A program made the translations under genes and the position numbers. Below are positions 18,483-30,383 of a stretch of 64,000 nucleotides of DNA, in pieces. Under the pieces are notes generated by a model. The model was not told the origin of the DNA. It ran no database searches and saw only the letters and a list, made by a program, of their open reading frames with translations. The stretch comes from an uncultured Gammaproteobacteria bacterium. Lineage in GTDB: Bacteria > Pseudomonadota > Gammaproteobacteria > DRLM01. Numbering within the stretch: the stretch's first letter is position 1; every line of letters starts with the position of its first letter. The stretch lies in contig CAVSNY010000007.1 in NCBI GenBank assembly GCA_963729605.1, forward strand, positions 992,001 to 1,056,000, in the 5' to 3' direction.

Positions 18483-18512
18483 AAAGGGGCGGACCGGGGT
18501 CCGCCCCTTTTT
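18483..18512. terminator. Bidirectional intrinsic terminator
   Basis: AAAGGGGCGGAC-CGGG-GTCCGCCCCTTTTT between convergent genes. Confidence 0.8.
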
Positions 18513-18520
18513 ATTTGCGC

Positions 18521-19597
18521 TCAATTCGCGGTGTGCCGCCGGCCGTCGTGTTCGGTCGTGGGAAAGGCCACCAGGTGCTGCGCGGCGATGCGGATGCCCG
18601 CCTCTTGACCCTCGGCGTAATCGAAGTGGCTGGGAAAGAGCGACAACACGATGGTGCCGCCGGGCAGGCGCATGGTGTACAGGATCTCGGCGCCCTTGAA
18701 GGTCTTGCGGAGGATGCGGCCGCGCAGCGGACTGGCCGGGTCGTGCACCACGTCGTCGGGGCGTAGCAGCACTTCCACCGCGGTGCCCGGCGGCCACAGA
18801 TAGGCGCGGTCGCCGGGGATGATGCCGAGGTCGGTCTCGATGCTGTCGGCGGTGCGCACCGTGCCCGGCAGAAACACGCCCTGGCCGATGAAATCCGCCA
18901 CGAAGCGGTCGATGGGTTCGTGATAGATATTGCTGGGCGTGTCCCATTGCACGATGCGCCCGGCGGACATGATGCCCACCACGTCGCCCAGGGCGAAGGC
19001 CTCTTGCTGATCGTGGGTCACCATCAGCGCGGCGATGCCTTGATCCTTGAGGATGGCGCGCACCTCGCCGCCCAGGCGCGCGCGCAGATCCACGTCCAGG
19101 TTGGAGAAGGGTTCATCCATCAAGATCAATTCCGGCCGTGCCGCCAGGGCGCGGGCGAGGGCGACCCGCTGTTGCTGGCCGCCCGACAGTTCGTGGGGAT
19201 AACGGTCGCCGTAACCCTCCAGCCCCACCACTTTCAGCAGGCGGGCCGCGGTGTCGCGGCGGGCGGCGTTCGACATGTCGCGCAGGCCGAAGCAGATGTT
19301 GCGGGTCACATCCATGTGCGGGAACAGCGCGTAGTCCTGAAACACCATCCCCAGGCGGCGTTTCTCGGGGGGCAGGGTGTAACCTGGGCGCGAGGCGGTG
19401 ACGCCGCGCAGCAGGATTTCACCCTGGCTCACCGGCTCGAAGCCGGCGATGGCGCGCAGCACGGTGGTCTTGCCGCAGCCGCTGGGGCCGAGCAGGCAGG
19501 CGATGCTGCCCTTGTTGATGTGCAGGGAGAGCGCGCGGACCACGGGATTGCGGTCGTAGCGGCATTCGATGTCTTTGATTTCCAGCAGCGCGTTCAC
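18521..19597 (-). CDS. ABC transporter ATPase, FbpC/PotA-like
   Basis: [26 protein letters not shown] and DEPFSNLD motifs plus a C-terminal TOBE region. Probable GTG start at 19597. Confidence 0.88.
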   Translation of the reverse strand: MNALLEIKDIECRYDRNPVVRALSLHINKGSIACLLGPSGCGKTTVLRAIAGFEPVSQGEILLRGVTASRPGYTLPPEKRRLGMVFQDYALFPHMDVTRNICFGLRDMSNAARRDTAARLLKVVGLEGYGDRYPHELSGGQQQRVALARALAARPELILMDEPFSNLDVDLRARLGGEVRAILKDQGIAALMVTHDQQEAFALGDVVGIMSAGRIVQWDTPSNIYHEPIDRFVADFIGQGVFLPGTVRTADSIETDLGIIPGDRAYLWPPGTAVEVLLRPDDVVHDPASPLRGRILRKTFKGAEILYTMRLPGGTIVLSLFPSHFDYAEGQEAGIRIAAQHLVAFPTTEHDGRRHTAN

Positions 19598-19672
19598 GGT
19601 TTTGACGATGCGTTGATTCGGCAGGACACAATAGTGGGAAAGCGCGCGACTGTCCAATCCCGGGGCGGTGAT

Positions 19673-20778
19673 TCACGCCATCAGCGCCACGCTTTTGATG
19701 AGGGCGTACACCGGCAGACCCCCGCGCAGCGCCAGGGCCTGCGCGGATTTTTGGGTGATGCGCGCCAGCAGGGTCTGGCCCCCTATGTCGAGTTTCACCA
19801 TCACTTGTCCCGGCTGGCCGGCGGGCGCCAGTTCAACCAGCGTGGCCGGGATGATATTGAGCAGGGTGCTGCGGCGTGGCGGTTCGAGGCAAAGCGCCAC
19901 GTCGCGGGCGTGGACGCGCAGCCGCAGCGTCGCGCCGATCGCGAGATGTTGCCGAGCGATGCTGAGCTGCTGGCCGGCGACGTCGAGATAACTCAAGTGA
20001 TGTCGCCTCGTCATGGCCTGCCAGCGTGGCCTCGATCACCGCGCCGGCGTCGTCGCGCTGGGCCAGTGACAGATCGACGCGTGCCAGCAGCGTGTCGAGC
20101 GGGCCGTAGGCGGCGAGACGGCCCTCTTCCAGCAGTAATAAATGATCGGCGCTGGCCACCAACTCGTCGAGGCTGTGGCTCACGTACAGAATCGGAATGG
20201 CCAGCGGTCTCGCGGAGGAGCTTGAAGTAGGGCAGGGTGTCTTGTTTGCGGCGCTGATCGAGGGCCGCGAGCGGCTCGTCGAGCAGCAGCAAACGGGGTT
20301 GCGCGAGCAGGGCGCGGCCCAGCGCCACCCGCTGCCGCTCGCCGCCGGACAGCGAGGCGGGTGCGCGTTCGAGCAGGGTTTCGAGATCCAACCAGCCCAC
20401 CACTTGCTCGAAGCTCAACCGCCGCTCCGCGAGCGGCACGCGCCGATAACCGTATTCCAGATTGCCGCGCACCCGCAGATGGGGAAACAGCCGGCTGTCC
20501 TGAAACACCATGCCCACCCCACGCTGATGCGGTGCGACGAAGATCCCGCGCGCGGTATCTTGCCAGCAGTGTTCGCCTAACTGTACGGTGCCCCGGCACT
20601 GTTTTTCCAAGCCGGCCAAACAACGCAGCAAGCTGGATTTGCCCGCCCCGGAAGGACCGAAGACACCTACCACGCCGCCGATCGTGGCTTGCCAGTCGAC
20701 GTCCAAAGAAAACTCGCCGAGGCGGAGCGTGAGTCGCGCCGAGAGTCTTTCGATTTGAGCGGGGAGTGCCGATGTCAT
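19673..20778 (-). pseudogene. modC: Molybdate ABC ATPase with two frameshifts (about 20205 and 20005), possibly sequencing errors
   Basis: GPSGAGKS and LSGGERQR; continues [14 protein letters not shown] in a second frame and ends with a TOBE domain (VYALIKSVAL) in a third. Confidence 0.85.
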
Positions 20779-20782
20779 ACGG

Positions 20783-21466
20783 TCAGCGCGCGGCCTTGGC
20801 GTTGGGCTGACGGGTCAACGTGTAGATCGCCAGCAAGGCGATGAAGGAGAACACCAGCAAGCCGGCGGATAACAGATGGGCCTCGCGATATTGCAGGGAT
20901 TCGACGCGATCATAAATGGCGATGGACAACACCTGGGTCTGGCCGGGGATGTTGCCGCCTATCATCAATACCACCCCGAATTCGCCGACGGTGTGGGCGA
21001 AGCCCAGCACCGCGGCGGTGAGAAAACCGCGCCGCGCCAGCGGCACCGCCACGCTGAAAAACCGGTTGAGCGGCGAGGCCCGCAAGGTGGCGGCGGCCTC
21101 CAGAATATCGTCGCCCACTTGCGCGAAGGCGGTTTGCAGCGGCTGCACCACGAAGGGCAGCGAATAAAGCACCGAGCCGATCACCAGGCCGGTGAAGCTG
21201 AAACTGAGGGTGCCGCCGGTGAGGCTGGCCCAGGGTCCGCCGAGCATTCCTTGCGGGCTCAAGGCCAGCAGCAGATAAAAGCCGAGCACGGTGGGCGGCA
21301 GCACCAGCGGCAGCGCCACCAGCGCCTCGACCGGCGTTTTAAGCCGGCCGCGGCCGCGCGCCAGCCACCACGCCAGTGGCGTGCCGAGCACGAGCAGTAT
21401 CAGCGTGGTGACGGCGGCGAGCTGCGCCGTGAGCCAGAGCGATGACCAGAGAGCGGCGGTATCCAT
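20783..21466 (-). CDS. modB: Molybdate ABC permease
   Basis: ALPLVLPPTVLGFYLL and FAHTVGEFGVVLMIGGNIPG motifs. Confidence 0.93.
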   Translation of the reverse strand: MDTAALWSSLWLTAQLAAVTTLILLVLGTPLAWWLARGRGRLKTPVEALVALPLVLPPTVLGFYLLLALSPQGMLGGPWASLTGGTLSFSFTGLVIGSVLYSLPFVVQPLQTAFAQVGDDILEAAATLRASPLNRFFSVAVPLARRGFLTAAVLGFAHTVGEFGVVLMIGGNIPGQTQVLSIAIYDRVESLQYREAHLLSAGLLVFSFIALLAIYTLTRQPNAKAAR

Positions 21467-21650
21467 GCCGACAGTGTAAACGGGAATGGCCGCGGGGGAA
21501 GAGGTCAGGTAAGTGTGACGTGCGCGGTTTGGTTTGCAGCCGGGATGGCGGCGCTATGTCAGCGGTTACACCCATGTCGCGGCTGCACCCGGTGAATAAT
21601 AACGTGGGGCATTGAGCACCGCGCAGGCCATGAGGAGATGGCGCGCCGGC

Positions 21651-22556
<906 letters not shown>

Positions 22557-22565
22557 GGCGGGCGC

Positions 22566-23765
22566 TCAAACGGGCTCGTCGCGGACGAAGTCGATCACCA
22601 GTTCCGCCACGCCCTCGGCGATCCGGTCGGCCTCGGCGTCGCTGAGGATGAGCGGCGGCAGCAGGCGGATCACCCGTTCGGCGGTGACGTTGATGAGCAG
22701 TCCGCGCTCCAAGGCCCGGCCCACCAGCTCGCCGCAGGGGCGGTCGAGCTCGATGCCGATCATCAGGCCGCGGGCGCGGATGGCGTTGACCGGTCTGGCC
22801 TCGCCGCTCGCCCGCGGATCGAGGCGTTGGCGCAGGCCGGCGACGATGCGCTCGCTCAAGTGCGCGGCGCGCGCCGTGAGTTGCTGTTGCTCGATGGTGT
22901 CGAGTACCGCCAGCGCCGCGCTGCACGCCAGCGGATTGCCGCCGAAGGTGGAGGCGTGGTTGCCGGGCTTGAAGGTGTCGGCCGCTTCGCCGCGGGCGAG
23001 ACAGGCGCCGATCGGCGCGCCGTTGGCCAGGCCTTTGGCGAGGGTGATGACATCGGGTACGACGCCGCTGTGCTGAAAGCCGAACCAGCGGCCGGTGCGG
23101 CCCATGCCGGTTTGCACCTCGTCGAGCATCATCAGCCAACCCTGCTGATCGCAGAGTGCGCGCACGCCGGCGAGGTAATCGTCGTCGGGAATGTTGATGC
23201 CGCCTTCGCCCTGCACGGGTTCCAGCAGCACCGCCACCACGCCGGCGCTGTTCTTCGCGATGGTGTGCAGCGCATCGAGGTCGTTGTAGGCGACGCGCAA
23301 AAAGCCGCGCACCAGCGGTTCGAAACCGGCCTGCACCTTGCGGCTGCCGGTGGCGCTCAAGGTGGCGAGGGTGCGGCCGTGGAAACTGCCTTCCGCCACG
23401 ATCACGGTCGGGACGTCGATGCCTTTCTTGTGGCCGTAGAGACGGGCGAGCTTGATGGCGGCCTCGTTGGCCTCGGCGCCGGAGTTGCAGAAAAAGGCCT
23501 TGTCCATGCCGGCGAGGCGGGTGAGACGTTCGGCCAATTGCTGTTGTTTGGCGATGCCGTAAAGATTGGAGGTGTGAATCAAGGTGCGCGCCTGTCGGCA
23601 CAAGGCCTCGGCCACCGCCGGGTGGGCGTGGCCCAGACCGCAAACGGCGACGCCGCTGATCGCATCCAGATATTTCTTACCCGTGGTATCCCACAGCCAA
23701 GCCCCTTCACCGCGTTCGAAGGTGACCGGCAGGCGGGAGTAGGTCGACATCAATGCCTCGGTCAT
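22566..23765 (-). CDS. argD: Acetylornithine aminotransferase
   Basis: CNSGAEANE, FHGRT, DEVQTG and LAKG motifs; adjacent to argF. Confidence 0.93.
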   Translation of the reverse strand: MTEALMSTYSRLPVTFERGEGAWLWDTTGKKYLDAISGVAVCGLGHAHPAVAEALCRQARTLIHTSNLYGIAKQQQLAERLTRLAGMDKAFFCNSGAEANEAAIKLARLYGHKKGIDVPTVIVAEGSFHGRTLATLSATGSRKVQAGFEPLVRGFLRVAYNDLDALHTIAKNSAGVVAVLLEPVQGEGGINIPDDDYLAGVRALCDQQGWLMMLDEVQTGMGRTGRWFGFQHSGVVPDVITLAKGLANGAPIGACLARGEAADTFKPGNHASTFGGNPLACSAALAVLDTIEQQQLTARAAHLSERIVAGLRQRLDPRASGEARPVNAIRARGLMIGIELDRPCGELVGRALERGLLINVTAERVIRLLPPLILSDAEADRIAEGVAELVIDFVRDEPV

Positions 23766-23962
23766 CGTTTTGTCACCATCCGCCAAAAACAAAAAGGCAG
23801 CCCTATGAGAGGCCGCCGCCCGTCCAAAGGCGCAATGTTACAGACTCTCCCGGGGGCTGGCAAATACCCGCGAATCCCATGTCAAATGGCCGCGGGCGGC
23901 CTTGCGGATGCGCACGCACGGGGGGTGCGAAATCGGTATCTGAAATGTGCATTATGTAAACA

Positions 23963-23980
23963 ATGTCATATCTCTGTAAT
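23963..23980 (+). promoter_or_regulatory. Pho box upstream of phoB
   Basis: ATGTCAT-ATCT-CTGTAAT, an 11-bp tandem repeat. Confidence 0.8.
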
Positions 23981-24026
23981 ACTTTTGTTGTAACAAGGTG
24001 CGGGTTTCTCAGACGGCGCGGACACT

Positions 24027-24716
24027 ATGGCGGTGAAAATTCTTTTTGTAGAAGACGAAATGGCGATTCAGCAGATGGTGGATCTGGCCTTGGGCCGGGC
24101 CGGTTTCGAGGTGGCGCTGGCCTCCGACGTGGCCCAGGCGCGGGCGCGGATCGCCTCGCAGCGTCCGGATTTAATCCTGTTGGATTGGATGTTGCCGCAG
24201 GTGAGCGGTTTGGAATTCGCGCGGCAACTGAAACAGGACGGCGAGACCCGTGACGTCCCCATCATCATGGTGACCGCGTGCGGCGAGGAGGCGGACAAGA
24301 TTCGCGGGCTCGACAGCGGGGCGGACGATTACGTCACCAAGCCGTTTTCGCCGCGGGAATTGGTGGCGCGCATCAATGCGGTGCTGCGCCGCGCCGCGCC
24401 ACATGCCGCCGAGCACGTGGTGGAGGTGCAGGGATTGCGCCTGGATTCATCCAGCCATCGCATCACCGCGGTGGGGGATGAATTGATCATGGGCCCCACC
24501 GAATTTCGCCTCTTGCATTTTTTCATGACTCACCCGGAGCGGGTTTACAGCCGCAGTCAATTGCTCGACCGGGTATGGGGCGGCGACGTGTATGTCGAGG
24601 AGCGCACGGTGGATGTGCACATTCGCCGTTTGCGCAAGGCCTTGGGCTTGCATGGACACGACCGTCTCATCCAGACTGTGCGCGGAGCGGGATACCGTTT
24701 TTCAGCGCAGGGGTAG
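24027..24716 (+). CDS. phoB: Phosphate regulon response regulator
   Basis: [28 protein letters not shown] and [14 protein letters not shown] motifs. Confidence 0.97.
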   Translation: MAVKILFVEDEMAIQQMVDLALGRAGFEVALASDVAQARARIASQRPDLILLDWMLPQVSGLEFARQLKQDGETRDVPIIMVTACGEEADKIRGLDSGADDYVTKPFSPRELVARINAVLRRAAPHAAEHVVEVQGLRLDSSSHRITAVGDELIMGPTEFRLLHFFMTHPERVYSRSQLLDRVWGGDVYVEERTVDVHIRRLRKALGLHGHDRLIQTVRGAGYRFSAQG

Positions 24717-24719
24717 GGA

Positions 24720-26012
24720 GTGAGCGATTCATGGTGGTCGGAAATCGGACGCATGGCCGGCTTGATCGCCGCGGCGTTGTTGCTGGGATGGTTGAGCGGG
24801 CAAGTCCTGTTTTTTTTATGGCTGGTCACCACCGGTTATCTGATCACGCATCTCGTCTATATCCACCGTTTGGAGCAGTGGCTGCGCACCGGCGCCGGAC
24901 CGCCGCCGCGAGGCGGGGCGGGGTTATGGGGCGAGGTGTTTTATCAACTCCAGCGCATGCGTCAGCATCATTGGCGGCGCAAGCGTAGGGTCACCCAGTA
25001 TTTGCAACGTTTCCGCGAGTTGACGGCGGCGATGCCCGATGCCACGGTGGTGTTGCGCACCGGCGGCGAGATCGAGTGGTTCAATGAGGCGGCGGGGCGG
25101 ATGCTCGGCCTGCGTTCCCCGCAGGATGCCGGCCAACGCATCGTCAATTTGGTGCGCCATCCCCATTTCGGGGAATACCTGCGCGAGCGGCAATTCACCG
25201 ATTCCGTGGAGTTTCCCTCGCCGGTGAACGGCGACCTGGTGTTGTCGGCCAACGTAGTGCCTTACGGCCAGGAGCAGCTGCTGCTGGTGGCGCGCGACGT
25301 CACCCGTGTCCACCGCTTGGAACGCACCCGCCGCGATTTCGTCGCCAACGTCTCCCATGAATTGCGCACGCCGCTGACGGTGGTGCGGGGGTTTCTGGAG
25401 ATGCTGGAGGACGGCCGCGACAACATGTCGGAGGAGGACCTCCGTTCGCTGCGCTTGATGGAGGAGCAAACGCGGCGCATGCAGCGCATCGTCGATGATT
25501 TGCTGCTGTTGTCGCGTCTGGAGACCGACGAACGTCCGCCCTGGCGGACGCTGGTGGCGGTGCCCACCTTGTTGGATATCATCACCGCCGAAGCGCGGGC
25601 CTTGAGCGCGGGCAAACATACGATTCACTTGGACGCGGCCGCCGGCTTGTTGCTGCGGGGCAGCGAGGAGGAGTTGCGCAGCGCCTTTACCAATCTGGTG
25701 ATCAACGCGGTGCGTTATACGCCGGAGGGCGGCACTATCCAGATCCGCTGGCACGCCGATGCCGAAGGCGCGTATTTTCAAGTGAGCGATACCGGCGTGG
25801 GCATCGCGGCCCACCACATTCCGCGGCTTACCGAACGCTTCTACCGGGTGGACGTGGCGCGTTCGCGGCAGACCGGCGGCACCGGGCTGGGGCTGGCCAT
25901 CGTCAAACATGTCTTGGAGCGCCACGAGGCGCATTTACACATCGAGAGCAAGGTGGGACACGGCAGTGTGTTCGTCTGCCGCTTTCCCCCGTCGTTGACG
26001 ACGCGGGGTTGA
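24720..26012 (+). CDS. phoR: Phosphate regulon sensor kinase
   Basis: N-terminal TM and PAS domains; NVSHELRTPL, RLTERFYRVD and GTGLGLAIVKH motifs. Confidence 0.95.
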   Translation: MSDSWWSEIGRMAGLIAAALLLGWLSGQVLFFLWLVTTGYLITHLVYIHRLEQWLRTGAGPPPRGGAGLWGEVFYQLQRMRQHHWRRKRRVTQYLQRFRELTAAMPDATVVLRTGGEIEWFNEAAGRMLGLRSPQDAGQRIVNLVRHPHFGEYLRERQFTDSVEFPSPVNGDLVLSANVVPYGQEQLLLVARDVTRVHRLERTRRDFVANVSHELRTPLTVVRGFLEMLEDGRDNMSEEDLRSLRLMEEQTRRMQRIVDDLLLLSRLETDERPPWRTLVAVPTLLDIITAEARALSAGKHTIHLDAAAGLLLRGSEEELRSAFTNLVINAVRYTPEGGTIQIRWHADAEGAYFQVSDTGVGIAAHHIPRLTERFYRVDVARSRQTGGTGLGLAIVKHVLERHEAHLHIESKVGHGSVFVCRFPPSLTTRG

Positions 26013-26020
26013 GAGCGGCC

Positions 26021-26054
26021 TTGTCATCTAACTGTCATACATCCTTCGTACACT
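26021..26054 (+). promoter_or_regulatory. Pho box and -10 of pstS
   Basis: TTGTCAT-CTAA-CTGTCAT, 10 bp, then TACACT. Confidence 0.88.
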
Positions 26055-26141
26055 GAGCGCCGCGCTGGAACGACGGCGGCGCATCGAGTTCGGACCCGGC
26101 CGCGTGGGCCGTGTCTCTCAAATAGCGAGGAGTTGAGAATA

Positions 26142-27113
26142 ATGCGTTTATTTAAATTGGTTGCTGCTATCAGTGTCGTGGCCGCGACATCGGCCGCGTT
26201 CTCCGTGTCGGCGGCGGGTGTCGACGCGACATTGCCGGATTATAAAAAAGCCAGTGGCGTATCGGGTAACCTGTCCAGCGTGGGCTCCGATACGCTGGCC
26301 AATCTGATGACCTTGTGGGCCGAGGAATTCAAACGCGAATATCCCAACGTCAACATCCAGATTCAAGCGGCGGGCACATCCACCGCGCCGCCGGCCTTGA
26401 CCGAAGGCACCGCCAATCTGGGGCCGATGAGCCGGGCCATGAAGAGCAACGAGATCGAGGCCTTCGAGAAAAAATACGGTTACAAACCCACCGCGGTGCG
26501 CGTCGCCATCGATGCCTTGGCGATCTTCGTCAACAAGGACAACCCGATCAAGGGCATGACCCTGCCGCAGGTGGACGCGGTGTTTTCCAATACCCGCAAG
26601 TGCGGCCACCCCGAAGGCATTAATCGCTGGGGCCAACTCGGTCTGAGCGGCGCCTGGCAGACCCGCGACATGCAGTTGTTCGGCCGTAATTCGGTGTCCG
26701 GCACCTACGGCTATTTTAAAGAGCGCGCCTTGTGCAAAGGTGATTTCAAGCCCGGCGTGAACGAGCAACCGGGTTCCGCGTCGGTGGTGCAATCGGTGAC
26801 GGCATCGGTCAACGCCATTGGTTACTCCGGCATTGGTTATACAACCTCCGGCGTCAAGGCGGTGCCCCTGGCCAAGAAACAAGGTGAGCAATTCGTGGAG
26901 GCGACCGAGGAAAACGTCCTGGCCGGTCATTACCCCTTGGCGCGTTTCCTTTACGTCTACGTCAACAAACACCCCAACAAACCTTTGCCGCCGCTGGACT
27001 TGGAGTTCATTAAGCTGGTGTTGTCCAAGGCCGGCCAGCAGGTCGTGGTCAAGGACGGTTATGTTCCCCTGCCGGCCAAAGTGGTTCAGGAAGAATTGGC
27101 CAAGCTCAAATAA
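26142..27113 (+). CDS. pstS: Phosphate ABC substrate-binding protein
   Basis: Signal peptide; [22 protein letters not shown] and YPLARFLY motifs; GAGGAG RBS. Confidence 0.95.
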   Translation: MRLFKLVAAISVVAATSAAFSVSAAGVDATLPDYKKASGVSGNLSSVGSDTLANLMTLWAEEFKREYPNVNIQIQAAGTSTAPPALTEGTANLGPMSRAMKSNEIEAFEKKYGYKPTAVRVAIDALAIFVNKDNPIKGMTLPQVDAVFSNTRKCGHPEGINRWGQLGLSGAWQTRDMQLFGRNSVSGTYGYFKERALCKGDFKPGVNEQPGSASVVQSVTASVNAIGYSGIGYTTSGVKAVPLAKKQGEQFVEATEENVLAGHYPLARFLYVYVNKHPNKPLPPLDLEFIKLVLSKAGQQVVVKDGYVPLPAKVVQEELAKLK

Positions 27114-27145
27114 TCTCCGGCCCTTCGATTTGCTTTAAGCGTATG

Positions 27146-27176
27146 AAACGTCCCGTCCCCGCGGGACGTTTTTTTT
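27146..27176 (+). terminator. Intrinsic terminator after pstS
   Basis: AAACGTCCCG-TCCCCG-CGGGACGTTTTTTTT. Confidence 0.85.
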
Positions 27177-27532
27177 GCATTGCATTAAGCGGCATCATTC
27201 TGAAAAAAGAAATTGATCACCGAGGACACCGGGGGCACGGAGCAAAATCAAGGACGCGAGCTTATCTAATCAATAGATACTCGCCCAATGCCGCAATCTC
27301 TTAATTCTCCGGCCCCGCGCTTAGCGGACACGAGTTTTAAAAACAGCCGCCATGAATGCCGCTCATCGGCGAATGGACCCTATCATTTCCTAATGGTGCC
27401 TGAAACAGGTTGGCGGAATGATCGATGCGGCGGCCGAAAAAAAAGCCCTGCGACGGGCAGGGCGTAGCAATGACGAGGGTGACGCTACTAAAAACGAAGG
27501 AACCTCTGATTTATTCAGGACTCCCTGAAAGG

Positions 27533-27871
27533 TCAGGCCGCGGCATCCATGATCACGCGTACGGCGGTTCGAAAATCTTCCAGCGTGAAGTCCTTGAACA
27601 ACAGGCCGTGGCGATTGCCGGTGTGCCGATGGCCGCCCTGATGCACGACCATGGCCTCTATTTGATAAAGCCGTTGCTTGTCGTCGATCACGAGGGCGAA
27701 GGTGATATCGATCAGGGCCTGCGGCGGCAGGATAATGCAGCCGGTGTCGACCAGCGCGCCGTCGACGCTGACGTTTAATACCCTCCCGCGCAGTAGCCCC
27801 AGCGGGCGGTGCAGGATGATGGCTTGTACCTGTACCGGCTTGCGTTGATGCCAGCGATGTTCCAGACCCAT
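27533..27871 (-). CDS. Stand-alone PilZ-domain c-di-GMP receptor
   Basis: RxxxR (RWHQR) and NxSxxG (NVSVDG) motifs; GAGGAGG RBS before the ATG at 27871. Confidence 0.85.
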   Translation of the reverse strand: MGLEHRWHQRKPVQVQAIILHRPLGLLRGRVLNVSVDGALVDTGCIILPPQALIDITFALVIDDKQRLYQIEAMVVHQGGHRHTGNRHGLLFKDFTLEDFRTAVRVIMDAAA

Positions 27872-27956
27872 GGTGTCCTCCTCTCGACCTATAACCCTGC
27901 CCCATCCAGGGGGCGCATCCTTCCCTGTCCGGCGGACAGACTTGCCGGTGATCAGC

Positions 27957-28012
27957 AGCATAGGGGGCCGCCGTGACGCTCCCAGGGCAGTTTTATGATT
28001 TTTTTATGACAA
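27957..28012 (-). promoter_or_regulatory. Minus-strand Pho box array and -10 facing the PilZ gene
   Basis: TTGTCAT/AAATCAT/CTGCCCT/GCGTCAC at an 11-bp period, then 10 bp, then TATGCT. Confidence 0.65.
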
Positions 28013-28034
28013 AATTTTAAGGGCCGGGTACGGC

Positions 28035-28068
28035 TTGTCATATTTCTGTCATATTTGTTAAGTATGGT
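28035..28068 (+). promoter_or_regulatory. Pho box and -10 of pstCAB-phoU
   Basis: TTGTCAT-ATTT-CTGTCAT, 10 bp, then TATGGT. Confidence 0.88.
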
Positions 28069-28076
28069 GAGCGGCC

Positions 28077-30364
28077 ATGATTTCGGACGCCTCCCAACCC
28101 CCCGTCACCCCCCCGCCCGCCGCCCATAATCTGCGGCGTTGGCGTTGGCGCATGATCAAAGACGTCCTGGCCCGTTACGGCGTGGCCGCCGGCGGCGTCG
28201 GGGTGATCGTCGCCATTCTGCTGATCTTCTTTTATCTGTTTTATGTCGTGGTCCCCTTGTTCAAGCCGGCGGCGACCCAGGCGGTGGGCGGTTACGGCGT
28301 GCCGGTCCCCGCCGCGGGTCCGACGGCTTATCTCGCGATGGAGGAACAGACCGAGATCGGCGTGCGTTTCACCGCGACCGGCCGGGTGATTTTTTTCCGT
28401 ACCGCCGACGGCGCCGTCATAAAAGAAGAAGGACCGCAACTGCCCCCCGAGGTGACGGTGACCAGCGGCGCGGCCGGCATCGCCCCGCGCGGGGTGGTGG
28501 CGTATGGCCTGTCCGATGGCCGCGCGCTGCTGATGCGGCATGTCTATCAGGTGAGTTTCCCCGATGATGTGCGCACGATTACCCCCGCCGTGGAATATCC
28601 CCTGGGAGAGGCGCCGCTGATGATCGATGCCGCCGGCCGGGCCTTGACCCGGCTCGCGGTGCAAAGCGATGAAGACGAGGCGACGCTGTTGGCCTTGACC
28701 GCCGACGGCGAACTGGTGCTCAGTCACGTGGAACGCGAAGAATCCTTTCTCAGCGAGGGCGAGACTTGGAAAACCACCACGGCGATCCTGCCCCGTCCCC
28801 CGATCAGCGTGGACTATCTGCTGGTGGACCCCGACCAGCGTCATGCCTATTTCGCCAGCGGCGACGGGGAGTTGTATTTCTTCGACATCGGCGACAAGGC
28901 CGCCCCGCGTTTGATCCAGCGTCTGCGGGTGGTGCCGCAGGGCAAACAGATCACCGCGTTGCGCTTCCTGGCCGGCGGCACCTCGCTGCTGGTGGGGGAA
29001 AGCGGCGGCGTGATCTCGCAATGGTTCCCGGTGCGCGACGCCCGCAACGACATGGTGCTGACCCGCATCCGCGACTTCACCGATCAGGGCGGCGCGGTCA
29101 ACGCCATCGCCGCGGAATACGCCCGCAAGGGCTTTCTCGCCGCCGACGCCGGCGGCAAGGTGGGGATTTATCACGCCACCGCCCATCGCACCTTGACGGT
29201 GGCCGACATCGGCGCCGCGCCCTTGCTCAATCTGGCGGTGGCGCCGCGGGGCAATGCCTTGCTGGCGGAGGCCGCTGACGGCCAACTGCACTTCTGGCGC
29301 GTCGAAAACGAACACCCGGAAGTTTCCTGGTCGGCGCTGTGGGGCAAGGTGTGGTACGAGGGATATCCGCGAGCCTACGAATACGTGGCAATCGTCGTCG
29401 GCGAGCAACGAGTTCGAACCCAAGTTCAGCTTGACGCCGATTTGCCTTCGGCACCCTGAAGGCGGCCTTTTACGCCATGATGCTGGCCGCGCCGCTGGCC
29501 ATCCTCGGCGCCATCTACACCGCGTATTTCATGGCGCCGCGCATGCGGCGGATGGTGAAGCCCAGCGTCGAGGTCATGGAGGCCTTGCCGACCGTCATCC
29601 TCGGTTTTCTCGCCGGGCTGTGGCTCGCGCCCTTCGTCGAGGACAGCCTGCCGGGCATCTTCAGCCATGCTGATCGGTGGTGCCCATGGGCATCGTGGTC
29701 GGCGGCGTATCTGTGGACGCCGCCTGCCGGAGCCGGTGCGGCTGTGGGTGCCCGAGGGCTGGGAGGCCGCGCTGCTGATACCGGTGGTCCTGGCGTCTGG
29801 GCTGGGGCTCGCTGGCCATGAGTCCGGTCTTCGAAGAGGCTGTTCTTCGGCGGCGACATGCCGGCAATGGCTGACCCATGAACTGGGCTGGCCTTCGATC
29901 AGCGCAACTCGCTGGTGGTCGGGCCTGGCCATGGGTTTCGCGGTGATCCCGCAATATCTTCTCCATCGCCGAAGACGCCATTTTCAGCGTGCCGCAGACA
30001 TCTGACCCTGGGCTCGCTGGCCCTCGGCGCGACGCCGTGGCAGACCATGACGCGCGTGGTGATCCTCACCGCCAGCCCGGGCATTTTCTCGGCGCTGATG
30101 ATCGGCATGGGCCGCGCGGTGGGCGAGACCATGATCGTGCTGATGGCCACCGGCAACACCCCGATCATGGATTTGAACATCGTTCCAGGGCATGCGCACC
30201 CTGTCGGCCAACATCGCGGTGGAAATGCCCGAGTCCGAGGTCAACAGCACCCACTACCGCGTGTTGTTCCTGGCGGCCCTGGTGCTGTTCCTGTTCACCT
30301 TCTTCTTCAATACCGTGGCGGAAGTCGTTCGCCAGCGCCTGCGGCGGAAATACAGTCTCTATAA
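28077..30364 (+). pseudogene. pstC: Long-form phosphate ABC permease PstC (large periplasmic domain), multiply frameshifted after about 29370
   Basis: Fragments LWGKVWYEGY, WQSSSASNEFEPKFSL, EALPTVILGFLAGLWLAP, GRAVGETMIVLMATGN and MRTLSANIAVEMPE lie in shifting frames. Confidence 0.85.
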
Positions 30365-30383
30365 GGCGAGCACGGCAGAAGTC

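Noticed and set aside
19990-20215. Programmed frameshifting in modC
   Set aside because: No slippery heptamer or homopolymer at either site; similar indels occur in pstCAB, so error or decay is more likely.
27217-27243. CACCGAGGACACCGGGGGCACGGAG short repeat-like tract
   Set aside because: A single degenerate copy in this window, with no associated gene.
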